64,000 nucleotides of DNA from Candidatus Omnitrophota bacterium (lineage in GTDB: Bacteria > Omnitrophota > Gorgyraeia > Duberdicusellales > 4484-171): the NCBI GenBank assembly GCA_037146775.1, contig JBAWWL010000009.1, positions 4,575-68,574 of the forward strand. Reading direction: 5' to 3'. Within the stretch, counting starts at the first letter, position 1, and each line of letters opens with the position of its first letter. The notes under the pieces were generated by a model that saw only the letters and a list, made by a program, of their open reading frames with translations, was not told where the DNA came from and made no database searches. A program made the translations under genes and the position numbers. Positions 43,711-53,810 of this stretch are shown here, one piece after another.

Positions 43711-44417
43711 GAGCACGTGAGAACGTTTTGTCTGCGGGCAATAAGAATAGGGCCAAAGAGTACTTTTTGAACCGCCACAATCTCGCAAAGCTTAATTAAT
43801 TCAAGAATTGCCAAGAAAATTACTACAATTTCCATCTTACTCTTGGCTGAAGAAAAAAGCTCATCGATAGCAACGGTCTCTTTGACTAAGAAAAGATGAA
43901 GTAAATCATGGATCTTCTGTTCAACGGTAAACTCATCCTTAATAATCTCAAAAAATATATCTCGCGGAACATCTTTGAGGGCAGTCTTAAATGCACTGAT
44001 GAGATCGAATATGGAGGCTTCCAGATATACCTCTTTTTCTTGAGACTGCGGCGAAGCGGAACGAGTGATATATTTAAGCCGTTCATGCTCTTTTTCTTTC
44101 AGGAATTCAGCCGCTTCTTTAAATTTCTCATATTCGAGGAGACGTCTTACTAACTCTTCTCTGGGGTCAAGTTCCGGCTCTTGCGGCTCCTCAGGCCGAG
44201 GAAGCAGCATTTTTGACTTTATGTTGATTAAAGTAGCAGCCATCACCATATATTCTGAGGCAATGTTAATATCAAGAAATTTCATTAATTCCAAAAATTG
44301 AAGGTATTGCCCAACCACCTGTGTAATCGGGATGTCGTAAACATTCAAATGTTCTTTTTTGATAAGATACAAAAGCAAATCGAGCGGGCCTTCAAATATA
44401 TCTAACCGTATTTTCAT
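43707..44417 (-). CDS. scpA: Segregation and condensation protein A (kleisin)
   Basis: FEGPLDLLLYLI...FLAILEL. Confidence 0.95.
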   Translation of the reverse strand: MKIRLDIFEGPLDLLLYLIKKEHLNVYDIPITQVVGQYLQFLELMKFLDINIASEYMVMAATLINIKSKMLLPRPEEPQEPELDPREELVRRLLEYEKFKEAAEFLKEKEHERLKYITRSASPQSQEKEVYLEASIFDLISAFKTALKDVPRDIFFEIIKDEFTVEQKIHDLLHLFLVKETVAIDELFSSAKSKMEIVVIFLAILELIKLCEIVAVQKVLFGPILIARRQNVLTCS

Positions 44418-44418
44418 A

Positions 44419-45405
44419 TTAATTTAGACTCATCGCCTCTTTTACTTGTTTTAAAGTTTGCGCGGCAACTCCTTTAGCCTTAGCGCAACCATCTTTTAGT
44501 ATATCATAGATGTAATCTTTTTTCTTCAAAAATTCTTTCTTTTTTTCACGCCGCGGAGATACAAACGCTATGATGTTATCAGCTAAAATCTTCTTACATT
44601 CAACGCAACCCCGCTTGGCATGGGTACACCAATCATACACCTCATTCTTTAATTCTGGGTTAAATACGCTGTAATAGCTAAATACATTACATACGCCAGG
44701 ATGTCCTATATCGTCTTTCTTTATCCGCTCTGGGTCTGTAATCATGGTAGATATTTTTTCACGTATTGCTTTGTCTTCCTCATCCAAGGCAATGTAGTTA
44801 TTATAACTTTTACTCATTTTTCTGCCGTCCAAACCTAACAGCCGAGGCGTAGAAGTAAGCAAGGCCTGTGGTTCAACTAAAGCTTCTTTATTATAGATAA
44901 AATTAAACCGCCGGACAATTTCACGGCATAGTTCTAAGTGAGGCAACTGGTCTTCCCCCACCGGAACGCAGTTAGCTTTATATAAAAGAATATCAGCTGC
45001 CTGTAGCACCGGGTAGCCTAGAAAAGCGTAAGTATTAATTTCCTTGTCTTTAAGCTGGACGAGTTGCTCCTTAAATGTCGGGCAACGAAAAAGCCAGCCT
45101 AGAGGAGCAAGAAAAGAAAGGGTCATAAAAAGCGACAGGTGTTCATCAACATCGGATTGGACAAAAATAATTGACCTGGTATGATCTATTCCGTAAGCCA
45201 GCCAATCACACACGTTATCAAAAGCATTAGTCTTCATCATAGAAGGATTCTTATATTCGCTCATTAACGCATGCCAGTCAGCAACCATAAAGAAACATTG
45301 ATAATCATCCTGCAGTTTTGTCCAGTTAGCCAATGCGCCAACCCAGTGGCCAAGATGCAGTTTTCCGGTTGGCCGCATTCCGCTTAGTATTATTTTTTTA
45401 TTCAT
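44419..45405 (-). CDS. trpS: Tryptophanyl-tRNA synthetase
   Basis: SGMRPTGKLHLGH, YPVLQAADIL, KMSKS. Confidence 0.97.
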   Translation of the reverse strand: MNKKIILSGMRPTGKLHLGHWVGALANWTKLQDDYQCFFMVADWHALMSEYKNPSMMKTNAFDNVCDWLAYGIDHTRSIIFVQSDVDEHLSLFMTLSFLAPLGWLFRCPTFKEQLVQLKDKEINTYAFLGYPVLQAADILLYKANCVPVGEDQLPHLELCREIVRRFNFIYNKEALVEPQALLTSTPRLLGLDGRKMSKSYNNYIALDEEDKAIREKISTMITDPERIKKDDIGHPGVCNVFSYYSVFNPELKNEVYDWCTHAKRGCVECKKILADNIIAFVSPRREKKKEFLKKKDYIYDILKDGCAKAKGVAAQTLKQVKEAMSLN

Positions 45406-45470
45406 GCGTGTAAATTGGGATAGATATGTGAGGATAGCAACGTTCTTCCCGTATTCAGTGGCTACCCGCT

Positions 45471-47381
45471 TTATTCCTTGAGGCGGCGTGTAATCATTTC
45501 CTCGCTATACACATCAATAATATCGCCTTCTTTAAAATCGTCATAACCTACACCGATGCCGCACTCAACACCTTCGGCAACCTCGCGCACGTCGTCCTTA
45601 AACCGCTTTAGCGACTGCACTTTTCCCTCAAAAATGATTTTACTCTCGCGAGAAAGCTGGCAGGCTGAATTACGCACGATTTTACCCTTTTCAACAACGC
45701 AGCCGGCGATAATGCCCGATTTGGAAAGCTTAAATACAGTTTTTACCCTGGCCCTGCCCACAAAAATTCTTTTTACGTGTGGGGTAAGCATTCCTTCGAA
45801 GGCCGCCCTGATATCGTCTATCAACTCATACACTATCTGATAAACGCGCACTTCAATACCTTTCTGTTTTGCTAAATCTCTTGCCTGACTGTCGATTGTA
45901 ACTTTGAACCCTACCACGATAGCGTCGGTTACTTCCGCGAGAAGAATGTCCGAAGCGTTGATGGCGCCTACGCCTTTATGAGTCAAAATAAGTTCTACCT
46001 CTGCGTGAGAAATTTTCTTTAACGCCTCATCCACAGCTTCGAGAGTTCCCCCTACGTCTGCCTTTAGAATAACTTTGAGCTGCTTTACCTTTTCTTCTTT
46101 CATTTTCTTATAGAGATCTTCTAATTTAAAATGTACCGGGGCACTGAATCTTTTTTTATCATCTTCTTCGCGCCTTTTATCCACTATTTCCCTGGCACTT
46201 TTTTCATCCGGGACGACAAAAAACTGGTCTCCAGGGTTCGATACACCGTTTAACCCTACCATTTCTGCCGGAAAAGACGGAAACGCCTCTTGCACCGGAC
46301 GGCCATGGTCATCTTGCAGTGCGCGGATCCTACCCCAATAGTGGCCGCACACACACCAATCGCCGACCGTAAATGTTCCTTCTTTGACCAATACCGAAGC
46401 TAATGGGCCCTTTCCTTTTGACAATTTTGCTTCTATCACTATGCCTAGCGCCGGACGGGTGTAATCTGCTTTTAAATCCATAAGTTCTGCTTGTAATAAA
46501 ATCAGATCAAGCAGTTCATCAACCCCTGCTCCAGTTTTTGCGGAAACTCCGACCATGGTAGTTTTGCCGCCCCAATCTTCGCTTAATAAATTTAATTTAG
46601 AAAGCTGCTGTTTCACCATATCTACGTTCGCATTCGGTTTATCGACCTTAGTAATCGCAACAATGATCGGCACCCCGGCAACCCTGGCATGATCAAGCGC
46701 TTCTTCTGTCTGCGGCTTGACGCCCTCGTCCGATGCAACGATCAAAATAACGATATCGGTGGTAGTTGCCCCACGCGCACGCATAGCAGTAAAAGTTTCG
46801 TGGCCGGGAGTATCCAAAAAAGTAATCTTACCCTTGGGCAATTCTACCTGATACGCGCCAATATGCTGAGTAATACCACCGCTTTCTTTTTCGGCTATTT
46901 TACTTTTGCGTATATAGTCGAGAAGGCTGGTTTTCCCGTGATCAATATGTCCCATGAGAGTTACGATGGGTGCGCGTTTTTTCAGATTCTTCGGTTTTAC
47001 CTGCAAAATGACTTCTTCCGCGGTGGGTTTTTTCTTTAAATTAGTCTTGTATCTGTACGCAATCGCATGCGCAGCCTGTTCGTCAAGATTTTGATTGATA
47101 TTTATGAACTTTCCCTCTTTAAATAAATCGGAAAGAATCTCTGACGGCTTCTTATTTAATTTAACCGCCAAATCTTTCACGGAAATAGGAAAGTTCACCT
47201 CAATAACATTGTCCGTAATTTCTTTTTCCTTCAAACCTTTCACTTCGTGTTTGATAATTTCGGCTGTTTCCTTATCAACCGTCGACATGTGGCTTTTGAC
47301 AGGGAAATTGAGATTCTTTAATTTCACCATTAGCTCTTTACTGTCTATTCCCAATTCTTTTGCCAGTTCATGGATTCTCAT
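45471..47381 (-). CDS. infB: Translation initiation factor IF-2 (short N-terminus)
   Basis: [26 protein letters not shown]. Confidence 0.97.
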   Translation of the reverse strand: MRIHELAKELGIDSKELMVKLKNLNFPVKSHMSTVDKETAEIIKHEVKGLKEKEITDNVIEVNFPISVKDLAVKLNKKPSEILSDLFKEGKFININQNLDEQAAHAIAYRYKTNLKKKPTAEEVILQVKPKNLKKRAPIVTLMGHIDHGKTSLLDYIRKSKIAEKESGGITQHIGAYQVELPKGKITFLDTPGHETFTAMRARGATTTDIVILIVASDEGVKPQTEEALDHARVAGVPIIVAITKVDKPNANVDMVKQQLSKLNLLSEDWGGKTTMVGVSAKTGAGVDELLDLILLQAELMDLKADYTRPALGIVIEAKLSKGKGPLASVLVKEGTFTVGDWCVCGHYWGRIRALQDDHGRPVQEAFPSFPAEMVGLNGVSNPGDQFFVVPDEKSAREIVDKRREEDDKKRFSAPVHFKLEDLYKKMKEEKVKQLKVILKADVGGTLEAVDEALKKISHAEVELILTHKGVGAINASDILLAEVTDAIVVGFKVTIDSQARDLAKQKGIEVRVYQIVYELIDDIRAAFEGMLTPHVKRIFVGRARVKTVFKLSKSGIIAGCVVEKGKIVRNSACQLSRESKIIFEGKVQSLKRFKDDVREVAEGVECGIGVGYDDFKEGDIIDVYSEEMITRRLKE

Positions 47382-47414
47382 AATTTGCCACCGCCTTTGT
47401 GTTGATAGAACTTA

Positions 47415-48599
47415 TTATTCCTCTTTTTTAATTTGTGCGCGATTTGCCTGTAACGCCGCGATTTTACCTTCCACTACTTTTTTAGCTTCTTCTATAATCT
47501 TGGCTGCTTTTTTATCGCCGATACCTTTGAGCTTAGAAAGTTCACTCGCGCTGGACTTGATAATCTTGTCTAAGCTGGCATAGCCGGCATCCACCAACAC
47601 GGCCGCTATTTTTTTGCCAATATTTTTTAGCTTGAGTATTTCATGTACGTCTTCTTCAATGGCTTCTTTCGAACGTACATCTATTTCCCAGCCAACAAGT
47701 TTCGAAGCAAGACGCACATTCTGCCCGTGCTTGCCGATTGCAAGCGACAACTGATCATTTGCCACCAGTACTTTTGCCCGCTTCGTCTCGCGATCCAACT
47801 CTATACGGGAAACTACCGCCGGCTGCAATGATGCTTTAATAAACTCTTTTATATCTTCGCTCCAACGCACGATATCGATTTTTTCTCCGCGTAACTCTTC
47901 TATAATATTCTTCACGCGTGAACCCCGTATCCCCACGCACGCACCCACACAATCAACTTTATCGTCTTTTGAGAATACGGCAACCTTGGTGCGCTCCCCG
48001 GCTTCGCGGGCGATAGAACGTATCTCCACCACGCCCTCAAAAATTTCCGGAACTTCTATTTCAAACAACTTCTTGACGAGCCCCTCATGCTTGCGGGAAA
48101 GAATAATCTGAGTACCCTTATCCTTCTTTACTTCATAAATCAGCGTTTTGGTCCTTTCTCCTAACCGGAATCTATCTAGCGGGGAAAGGAAAGAAAAAGG
48201 AATGATACCTTCGGTTTTCCCCATTAAATCAAGTATCACTGCTTTCTTCTCAATACGATACACTACCCCTCCGATAATATCGCCTTCTTTTTTCTTAAAT
48301 TCATTATAAATATTCTCTTTCTCTGCTTCTCGTATTTTCTGGATAATTACCTGGCGAGCAGTCTGCGCTGCGATTCGTCCAAATTCCTTGGAAACGACCT
48401 CTCTCGCGCCGATAAAAACGCTGATATCCCCCTGTTCCGGATCAATTTCAACCTTCACTTCTTCTTCGACTGACGTAATTTTAGCGATTTTTTTTGCTGC
48501 CACAATTAATGCATGCTTGACCGCTTCGATCAAAACACTCTTATCCAAGCCTTTTTCTCTCTCCAACTGTTCTAAAACGGTCAAAAATTCTTTATTCAT
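47415..48599 (-). CDS. nusA: Transcription termination/antitermination factor NusA (C-terminal HhH)
   Basis: FGRIAAQTARQ, AREAGERTKVAV, AIGKHGQNVRLAS. Confidence 0.97.
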   Translation of the reverse strand: MNKEFLTVLEQLEREKGLDKSVLIEAVKHALIVAAKKIAKITSVEEEVKVEIDPEQGDISVFIGAREVVSKEFGRIAAQTARQVIIQKIREAEKENIYNEFKKKEGDIIGGVVYRIEKKAVILDLMGKTEGIIPFSFLSPLDRFRLGERTKTLIYEVKKDKGTQIILSRKHEGLVKKLFEIEVPEIFEGVVEIRSIAREAGERTKVAVFSKDDKVDCVGACVGIRGSRVKNIIEELRGEKIDIVRWSEDIKEFIKASLQPAVVSRIELDRETKRAKVLVANDQLSLAIGKHGQNVRLASKLVGWEIDVRSKEAIEEDVHEILKLKNIGKKIAAVLVDAGYASLDKIIKSSASELSKLKGIGDKKAAKIIEEAKKVVEGKIAALQANRAQIKKEE

Positions 48600-49057
48600 A
48601 ATTCTACCCTCTCTTTAGCTGTTTTGATTGTATTAATATCTATCCGGTAAAACTCCTCCATATTACGTAACGTCAACTCTTCTTTACTGACCGAACATAG
48701 CTCCCCCTCAACGTAAGACTTTCCCCCAACGGGCTCATGCAGCCATAAACAAATCGTCCTACCGATAACCCGTAAAAAATCTTTGTGCGTCCTCAGAGGC
48801 CTGTCTATTCCGGGAGAATTCACCTCAACGATAAAATCATCTCCCAAAATCTTGCTTTCATCAAGAAAAGAAAATATTTTTCTATTAAGCGCGGTACACT
48901 CTTGCACGGTAACTCCGCCCTGGCCATGGTCGACCAGACAACGCACCATGCATCTGCCTGTACACTTGTTTATTGTTAACTCAATAAGCTCAAGGCCGCA
49001 CGAAACAATAATCGGCTCAATTTTATCTTGCAGCTCTATAAAGTTACTATCGAGCAT
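48596..49057 (-). CDS. rimP: Ribosome maturation factor RimP
   Basis: EVNSPGIDRPL; directly upstream of nusA. Confidence 0.93.
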   Translation of the reverse strand: MLDSNFIELQDKIEPIIVSCGLELIELTINKCTGRCMVRCLVDHGQGGVTVQECTALNRKIFSFLDESKILGDDFIVEVNSPGIDRPLRTHKDFLRVIGRTICLWLHEPVGGKSYVEGELCSVSKEELTLRNMEEFYRIDINTIKTAKERVEL

Positions 49058-50276
49058 ATTCGTGTTTTAAAAAATTAAGAAATTCTTCTTTACTTAAATT
49101 CAATTTTTCTCTTGTCTTGCGTATTTCTACGTCTATTTTTTGCGATTGAAGATATTTCTTCCCCATAATTAGAATATAAGGATTACCGATAAGATAGGCG
49201 TCGTTAAACTTGACACCCGCAGCTTCATCGCGTTCATCCACTAGAACCGCAAAACCCTGTTTTTCCATAATCTCAGCAAAGCCCAAAGCATCCTGGGTTA
49301 ATGTGTTATCTAAGAGTACGATATTAACATCAAACGGACTGACATTTTTTGGCCAAATAATACCTTTCTCGTCATAACTCGTTTCTGCAATGGCGGGAAG
49401 AAGACGGCTCACGCCGATGCCGTAGCAACCCATAATAACCGGTTTTCGCTGGCCGGTTTTATCAAGGAACAACGCTTCTTGCGCTATAGAATACTTTGTT
49501 CCAAGCTGAAAAGTATGCCCCATCTCAATCATCCTTTTCTCCTGCAGAGAATCGCCACACTGCGGACATGTTTTTACATCTTTATGGTATGTGGCGCACC
49601 GGACACAATGATAAAGGGTATCTTCACCGATAGGACTATGCACCATGAATTCATGAGAGATGCTGCCGCCCATCGCTCCCGAATCAGCCTCAGTCATAAT
49701 AAACTGCAAACCACACTCTTTAAAAATATCCTGATAAGCAGTACGCATCTTTTCGTAATTTTCATGTAAGCCTTCTTCGGTTGTATCAAAGCTGTATGCG
49801 TCTTTCATAATGAATTCGCAGCTTCGCATCAAACCAAAACGAGGCCGGGCTTCATCACGAAATTTAGTCTGTATCTGATACAAAATGCAGGGAAGCTGTT
49901 TGTGAGAAAAAATGAACTTACGCACAATTTCCGTGATTTCCTCTTCATGCGTAGGCCCAAGGCAAAGCATTCTATCTTTTCTATCTTTAAATTTAAACAT
50001 TACTTCCTCTAAAACCTTATCCCGCCCGGTTTTTTCCCATATTTCAATCGGCTGTAAAGCGCTCATAAACAATTCCTGCGCTCCTTGAGCTTGCATGTGT
50101 TTCCTGATAATAGCGCTGATACGGGAAAGCACGCGCCATCCCAGAGGCAAATACGCGTAGATACCGGAAGAAACCATATACAGAAATGTACCTTTCAAAA
50201 GCAGCTTCTGGCTCGTACATTCAGCCACCTTAGGATCTTCCCGTAATGTGAAAATAAAACTTTTTGAGTATAACAT
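49047..50276 (-). CDS. proS: Prolyl-tRNA synthetase, short form lacking the full editing (INS) domain
   Basis: LGPTHEE, KFRDEARPRFGLMR, MGCYGIGVSR. Confidence 0.95.
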   Translation of the reverse strand: MLYSKSFIFTLREDPKVAECTSQKLLLKGTFLYMVSSGIYAYLPLGWRVLSRISAIIRKHMQAQGAQELFMSALQPIEIWEKTGRDKVLEEVMFKFKDRKDRMLCLGPTHEEEITEIVRKFIFSHKQLPCILYQIQTKFRDEARPRFGLMRSCEFIMKDAYSFDTTEEGLHENYEKMRTAYQDIFKECGLQFIMTEADSGAMGGSISHEFMVHSPIGEDTLYHCVRCATYHKDVKTCPQCGDSLQEKRMIEMGHTFQLGTKYSIAQEALFLDKTGQRKPVIMGCYGIGVSRLLPAIAETSYDEKGIIWPKNVSPFDVNIVLLDNTLTQDALGFAEIMEKQGFAVLVDERDEAAGVKFNDAYLIGNPYILIMGKKYLQSQKIDVEIRKTREKLNLSKEEFLNFLKHEYAR

Positions 50277-50281
50277 ATCTT

Positions 50282-50408
50282 CTAAAAACTCTAAGCACTA
50301 AACTCTAAACCCTAAATAAATCTAAAACTCAAAACCTAAAGATGTTTTGGGTTTAGAGAATTTTGATTTTGAGTTTGTTTAGAGTTTAGGATTTCGGATT
50401 TATGGTTT
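50282..50408. repeat. Heptamer-repeat inverted element (ctaaa/ctctaaa array facing a tttagag/tttagg array)
   Basis: ctctaagcactaaactctaaaccctaaa ... gtttagagtttaggatttcggattt; the two arms are reverse-complementary. Confidence 0.75.
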
Positions 50409-50421
50409 ATCATAATAAATA

Positions 50422-51672
50422 CTATTTCTCCTTAAATATATCTTCGCTCAACGCTACACCTTTTTTCTTAAATGTCGGGAAGAAATTGGGTATATTCTTT
50501 GCCCTGAAAGTCCCTTGTACCTTACCTTCCTCATCCATTCTATCGATTTCATACCGGAAAATATCGCGCAGGATAATTTCTTCGCCCGTCATGCGGTCTT
50601 CGACTTCCGTAAGATAGGTAATTTTTCGCGAACCATCGGTAAGCTGGTCATGCTGAACAATTAAGTCAACACCGGAAGCTATCTGTTTACGGATTGCCCA
50701 CACCGGCATATAAAGGCCTGCGTAAAGAGCGGTTGTCTCAAGACGGGTAAGCGCATCAAAAGGAGTCGCGGCATGTATAACCGCAAGGCAGCCTCGATGG
50801 CCGCTGTTTAATGCCTGCAGGTAATCCATTGATTCGGCGCCGCGTATTTCACCTAAAATAATCCTGGTAGGACGCATACGCAACGTATTAATGAATAAAT
50901 CACGTATTGAGATCTCCCCCTTACCTTCAATATTGGGCGGTCTGGTCAAGATTCTCACTACATGCTCCTGGCGCAGGGTAAGCTCCAACGTGTCTTCGAT
51001 AACGATGATTCTCTCCTGAGGGTTAATGTAAGAAGAAAGCACTTCCAGGGTGGTTGTTTTTCCGCTTCCGGTAGCTCCTGAAAAAAGAATATTCACTTTT
51101 GCTTTAATGCAGGCTACCAAAAACTTTGCTATTCGCGCATCTATAGTGCCTAAATCAGCTAAATCTTCTATCTGGTTAATGCTGCGTAGAAATTTTCGTA
51201 TGGTAACCGTAGCGCCTCCGACTGACAAAGGAGGAATAATAACGTTAACCCGTGAGCCATCGGTGAGTGAAAAATCGACATAAGGATAAGATTCATCGAC
51301 GCGCCTGCCGGCAGGCATAAGCATTTTTTCTACCATGTGCCGCAGGTGCCCTTCATCATCGAAATGTATGTCGGTAATAATTTTTTTTCCATCTCGCTCG
51401 ATATACACTTTATGGGGACCATTTATCATTATCTCGGTAACATAAGGATCTTCCATGAGGGGCTGTAAAGGCCCCCATCCCATAAATTCGTCGCACAATT
51501 CTTTGATAACTTGTTCCTGAGATGTTTTATCTATAGCGCGGCCTTTTTCTTTTTCCCAATAATCAAAAATCTTAGTGACGCGCTCACGGACAAACCCCGG
51601 GGACAATTTCTCGTCTCCGCCCAAGAAGCTTAGCTCTTTCCGCAAATCTCTTTTAATCACTTTTATATCCAT
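50422..51672 (-). CDS. cpaF: CpaF/TadA family pilus-assembly ATPase
   Basis: GPLQPLMEDPYVTEIMING, SGATGSGKTT, LRMRPTRIILGEIRG, NSGH. Confidence 0.92.
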   Translation of the reverse strand: MDIKVIKRDLRKELSFLGGDEKLSPGFVRERVTKIFDYWEKEKGRAIDKTSQEQVIKELCDEFMGWGPLQPLMEDPYVTEIMINGPHKVYIERDGKKIITDIHFDDEGHLRHMVEKMLMPAGRRVDESYPYVDFSLTDGSRVNVIIPPLSVGGATVTIRKFLRSINQIEDLADLGTIDARIAKFLVACIKAKVNILFSGATGSGKTTTLEVLSSYINPQERIIVIEDTLELTLRQEHVVRILTRPPNIEGKGEISIRDLFINTLRMRPTRIILGEIRGAESMDYLQALNSGHRGCLAVIHAATPFDALTRLETTALYAGLYMPVWAIRKQIASGVDLIVQHDQLTDGSRKITYLTEVEDRMTGEEIILRDIFRYEIDRMDEEGKVQGTFRAKNIPNFFPTFKKKGVALSEDIFKEK

Positions 51673-52712
51673 AACTTCCTCGCTTCTTTACATAAATCGT
51701 TCAATATATTTTTTTCATCACTCCTTCCTATAATCTTATCTTTTCGGAAAATAACCGCCTTGCGTTGGCCAAACGCTGCTCCGATATCAGCTTGACGCGC
51801 CTCACCGGGGCCATTCACCACGCAACCCATAAGCGCAACACGTATCGGTTTGGCATCAGAAACCTTATCCAGCTTCTCCTGAAGTTTCTCAACCATCTGG
51901 ATAAGATTAACCTCACAACGCGAACAAGTCGGACAAGATATGATCTGCGGGCCAAATGCCCGAAGGTTTAACGCCTGCAAAATATATTTGGCTACTTGTA
52001 TCTCTGTAAACGAAGGTGCAGTAAGCGAGACTCTGATCACGCTGCCTATTCCCTGAGAAAGCAGCTGGCCCAAGCCGATAGACGACTTGACGACACCGGA
52101 CAAAAACGAACCGGTCGCGGTAACTCCTAGATGCAAAGGGTAATCAAAATCTTTCGCAAAGAGTTCATTTGCCATAATCGTAGAAAGTGGATCTGAGCCT
52201 TTTAAGGAAACCATGATATCGAAAAAACGTTCCCGCTCCAGTATCCGAATATAATTAGCTACCACCTTAACCATCTGTTTGGCAAGCGCCTGCGATGAAG
52301 CAAAATCCTTCTTAAATCCGCCGGAATTAATACCAATACGTATTGCAATATTGGCCTTTTTAGCTTCTCGGGCTACTTCTTTGACTTCACTTTCTTTCTC
52401 AATATTTAAAGGATTTAGCCGTATCGCATCAAAACCATTTTCGATTGCCGCCAAGGCAAAACGGTATTGGAAATGTATATCGGCAACCAAAGGAACGTTG
52501 ATATGTTTTTTTAAAATGCGCGCAAGAGCAGCATCTTTTTCTTCTTTAATGGCAAGGCGTATCGCCTCCGCCCCCTCTTTCTCAAGCTGCCTCGCCTCAG
52601 CCAAAACAGCATCTCTGTTTGAGAAAGGACTTTTTATCATCCCCTTAATCCGCACCGGATGCTTACCGCCGATAGATAGATTGCCGATTTTCACTACTCT
52701 TGTCATCTTCAT
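51663..52712 (-). CDS. ispG: HMBPP synthase IspG
   Basis: PLVADIHF, SCPTCSRC, MGCVVNGPGEA. Confidence 0.95.
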   Translation of the reverse strand: MKMTRVVKIGNLSIGGKHPVRIKGMIKSPFSNRDAVLAEARQLEKEGAEAIRLAIKEEKDAALARILKKHINVPLVADIHFQYRFALAAIENGFDAIRLNPLNIEKESEVKEVAREAKKANIAIRIGINSGGFKKDFASSQALAKQMVKVVANYIRILERERFFDIMVSLKGSDPLSTIMANELFAKDFDYPLHLGVTATGSFLSGVVKSSIGLGQLLSQGIGSVIRVSLTAPSFTEIQVAKYILQALNLRAFGPQIISCPTCSRCEVNLIQMVEKLQEKLDKVSDAKPIRVALMGCVVNGPGEARQADIGAAFGQRKAVIFRKDKIIGRSDEKNILNDLCKEARKLWI

Positions 52713-52745
52713 TTGATCTTTCTAAAAGTAAAAAATATTACCGTA

Positions 52746-53810
52746 TCACTTGCCCCATATTCTTGAACCAAATTTCAAAATATCGTTGTAGAAAACAAAA
52801 AGAACTATTAAGCCGATAATAGCAAACCCTACCCGAGTAAGCACCGCATCGACCTTCTCGCTTAACTGTTTATTCCTGATTTTTTCTATAAGAAAAATTA
52901 AAATATGGCCTCCGTCAAAAAGTGGCAACGGTATAAGGTTAACTACAGTTAAGCTTACATTGAGAATAGCCATAAGATGAAAAACGGCTACAATACCAAG
53001 TTTGATCGTCTCGGCAGTAATATAGTATATTCCTAAAGGCCCTGTAATCGCTTCTTTCGCCGGCACGATTCCCAAAATAAGCAGCAGAAATCCTTTTATG
53101 GTAAGAAACGTAAGGTTAAAAAGTGACTCTCCCGCCTTAAGAAACCCTTGCCAAAATCCATACTTAATTATTTTTATCTTCGGTGACGCCTCGATACCAA
53201 TCACCGACATATTACGCCGCCGGCCGAATTCATCCCCTATTTCACTTTTTGTCAAAGGAACATCTACTGCAAACACATCGTTCCCCCGCTGGATACGAAG
53301 CGAAGCTTTTTCCTTGTTCGCACGTATAAGACTCGTCATATCCGTCCAATTATCAACTGCCTTGCCGTTGACCGCCAAAATTCTGTCACCGTCTTTCAGG
53401 CCTGCCTGCATTGCAGGATATCCTTCTTTCACCTTTCCAATCACACTATCAAGATAAGGAAACCCCAATAACGCAATAAGCCAAAAAAGAATAAACGCAA
53501 AAAAATAATTGAAAAGCGGGCCGGCCAACACTATTTCTATTTTTGCTTTGATCGGCTTCGTAAAGAACTCGTAATCAAAACCGTGAGAATCATTTCGTGA
53601 TTCTCCGGCCAATTTCACATAGCCACCCAAAGGACAAAGACAGATAAGAAAATCGGTCTCTTTACCTTTTATCTTAAACAACGCTGGCCCAAAACCAAGC
53701 GCAAAACGTTCAACTCTTACTCCATTGCGCCGGGCTGCCAAAAAATGGCCAAATTCGTGGGCAATAATTAAAACACTTAAGATTGCAATAAAAATCAGAA
53801 AGTTTAGCAT
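52746..53810 (-). CDS. rseP: RIP metalloprotease RseP (M50, PDZ)
   Basis: HEFGH, NLIPLPLFDGG; start placed at MLNFLIF. Confidence 0.94.
   Translation of the reverse strand: MLNFLIFIAILSVLIIAHEFGHFLAARRNGVRVERFALGFGPALFKIKGKETDFLICLCPLGGYVKLAGESRNDSHGFDYEFFTKPIKAKIEIVLAGPLFNYFFAFILFWLIALLGFPYLDSVIGKVKEGYPAMQAGLKDGDRILAVNGKAVDNWTDMTSLIRANKEKASLRIQRGNDVFAVDVPLTKSEIGDEFGRRRNMSVIGIEASPKIKIIKYGFWQGFLKAGESLFNLTFLTIKGFLLLILGIVPAKEAITGPLGIYYITAETIKLGIVAVFHLMAILNVSLTVVNLIPLPLFDGGHILIFLIEKIRNKQLSEKVDAVLTRVGFAIIGLIVLFVFYNDILKFGSRIWGK

Noticed and set aside
43711-43788. Extended N-terminus of RuvB (likewise the upstream extensions of rseP, dxr and cdsA)
   Set aside because: These extensions overlap the upstream genes; downstream ATGs with typical short overlaps fit the family N-termini better.
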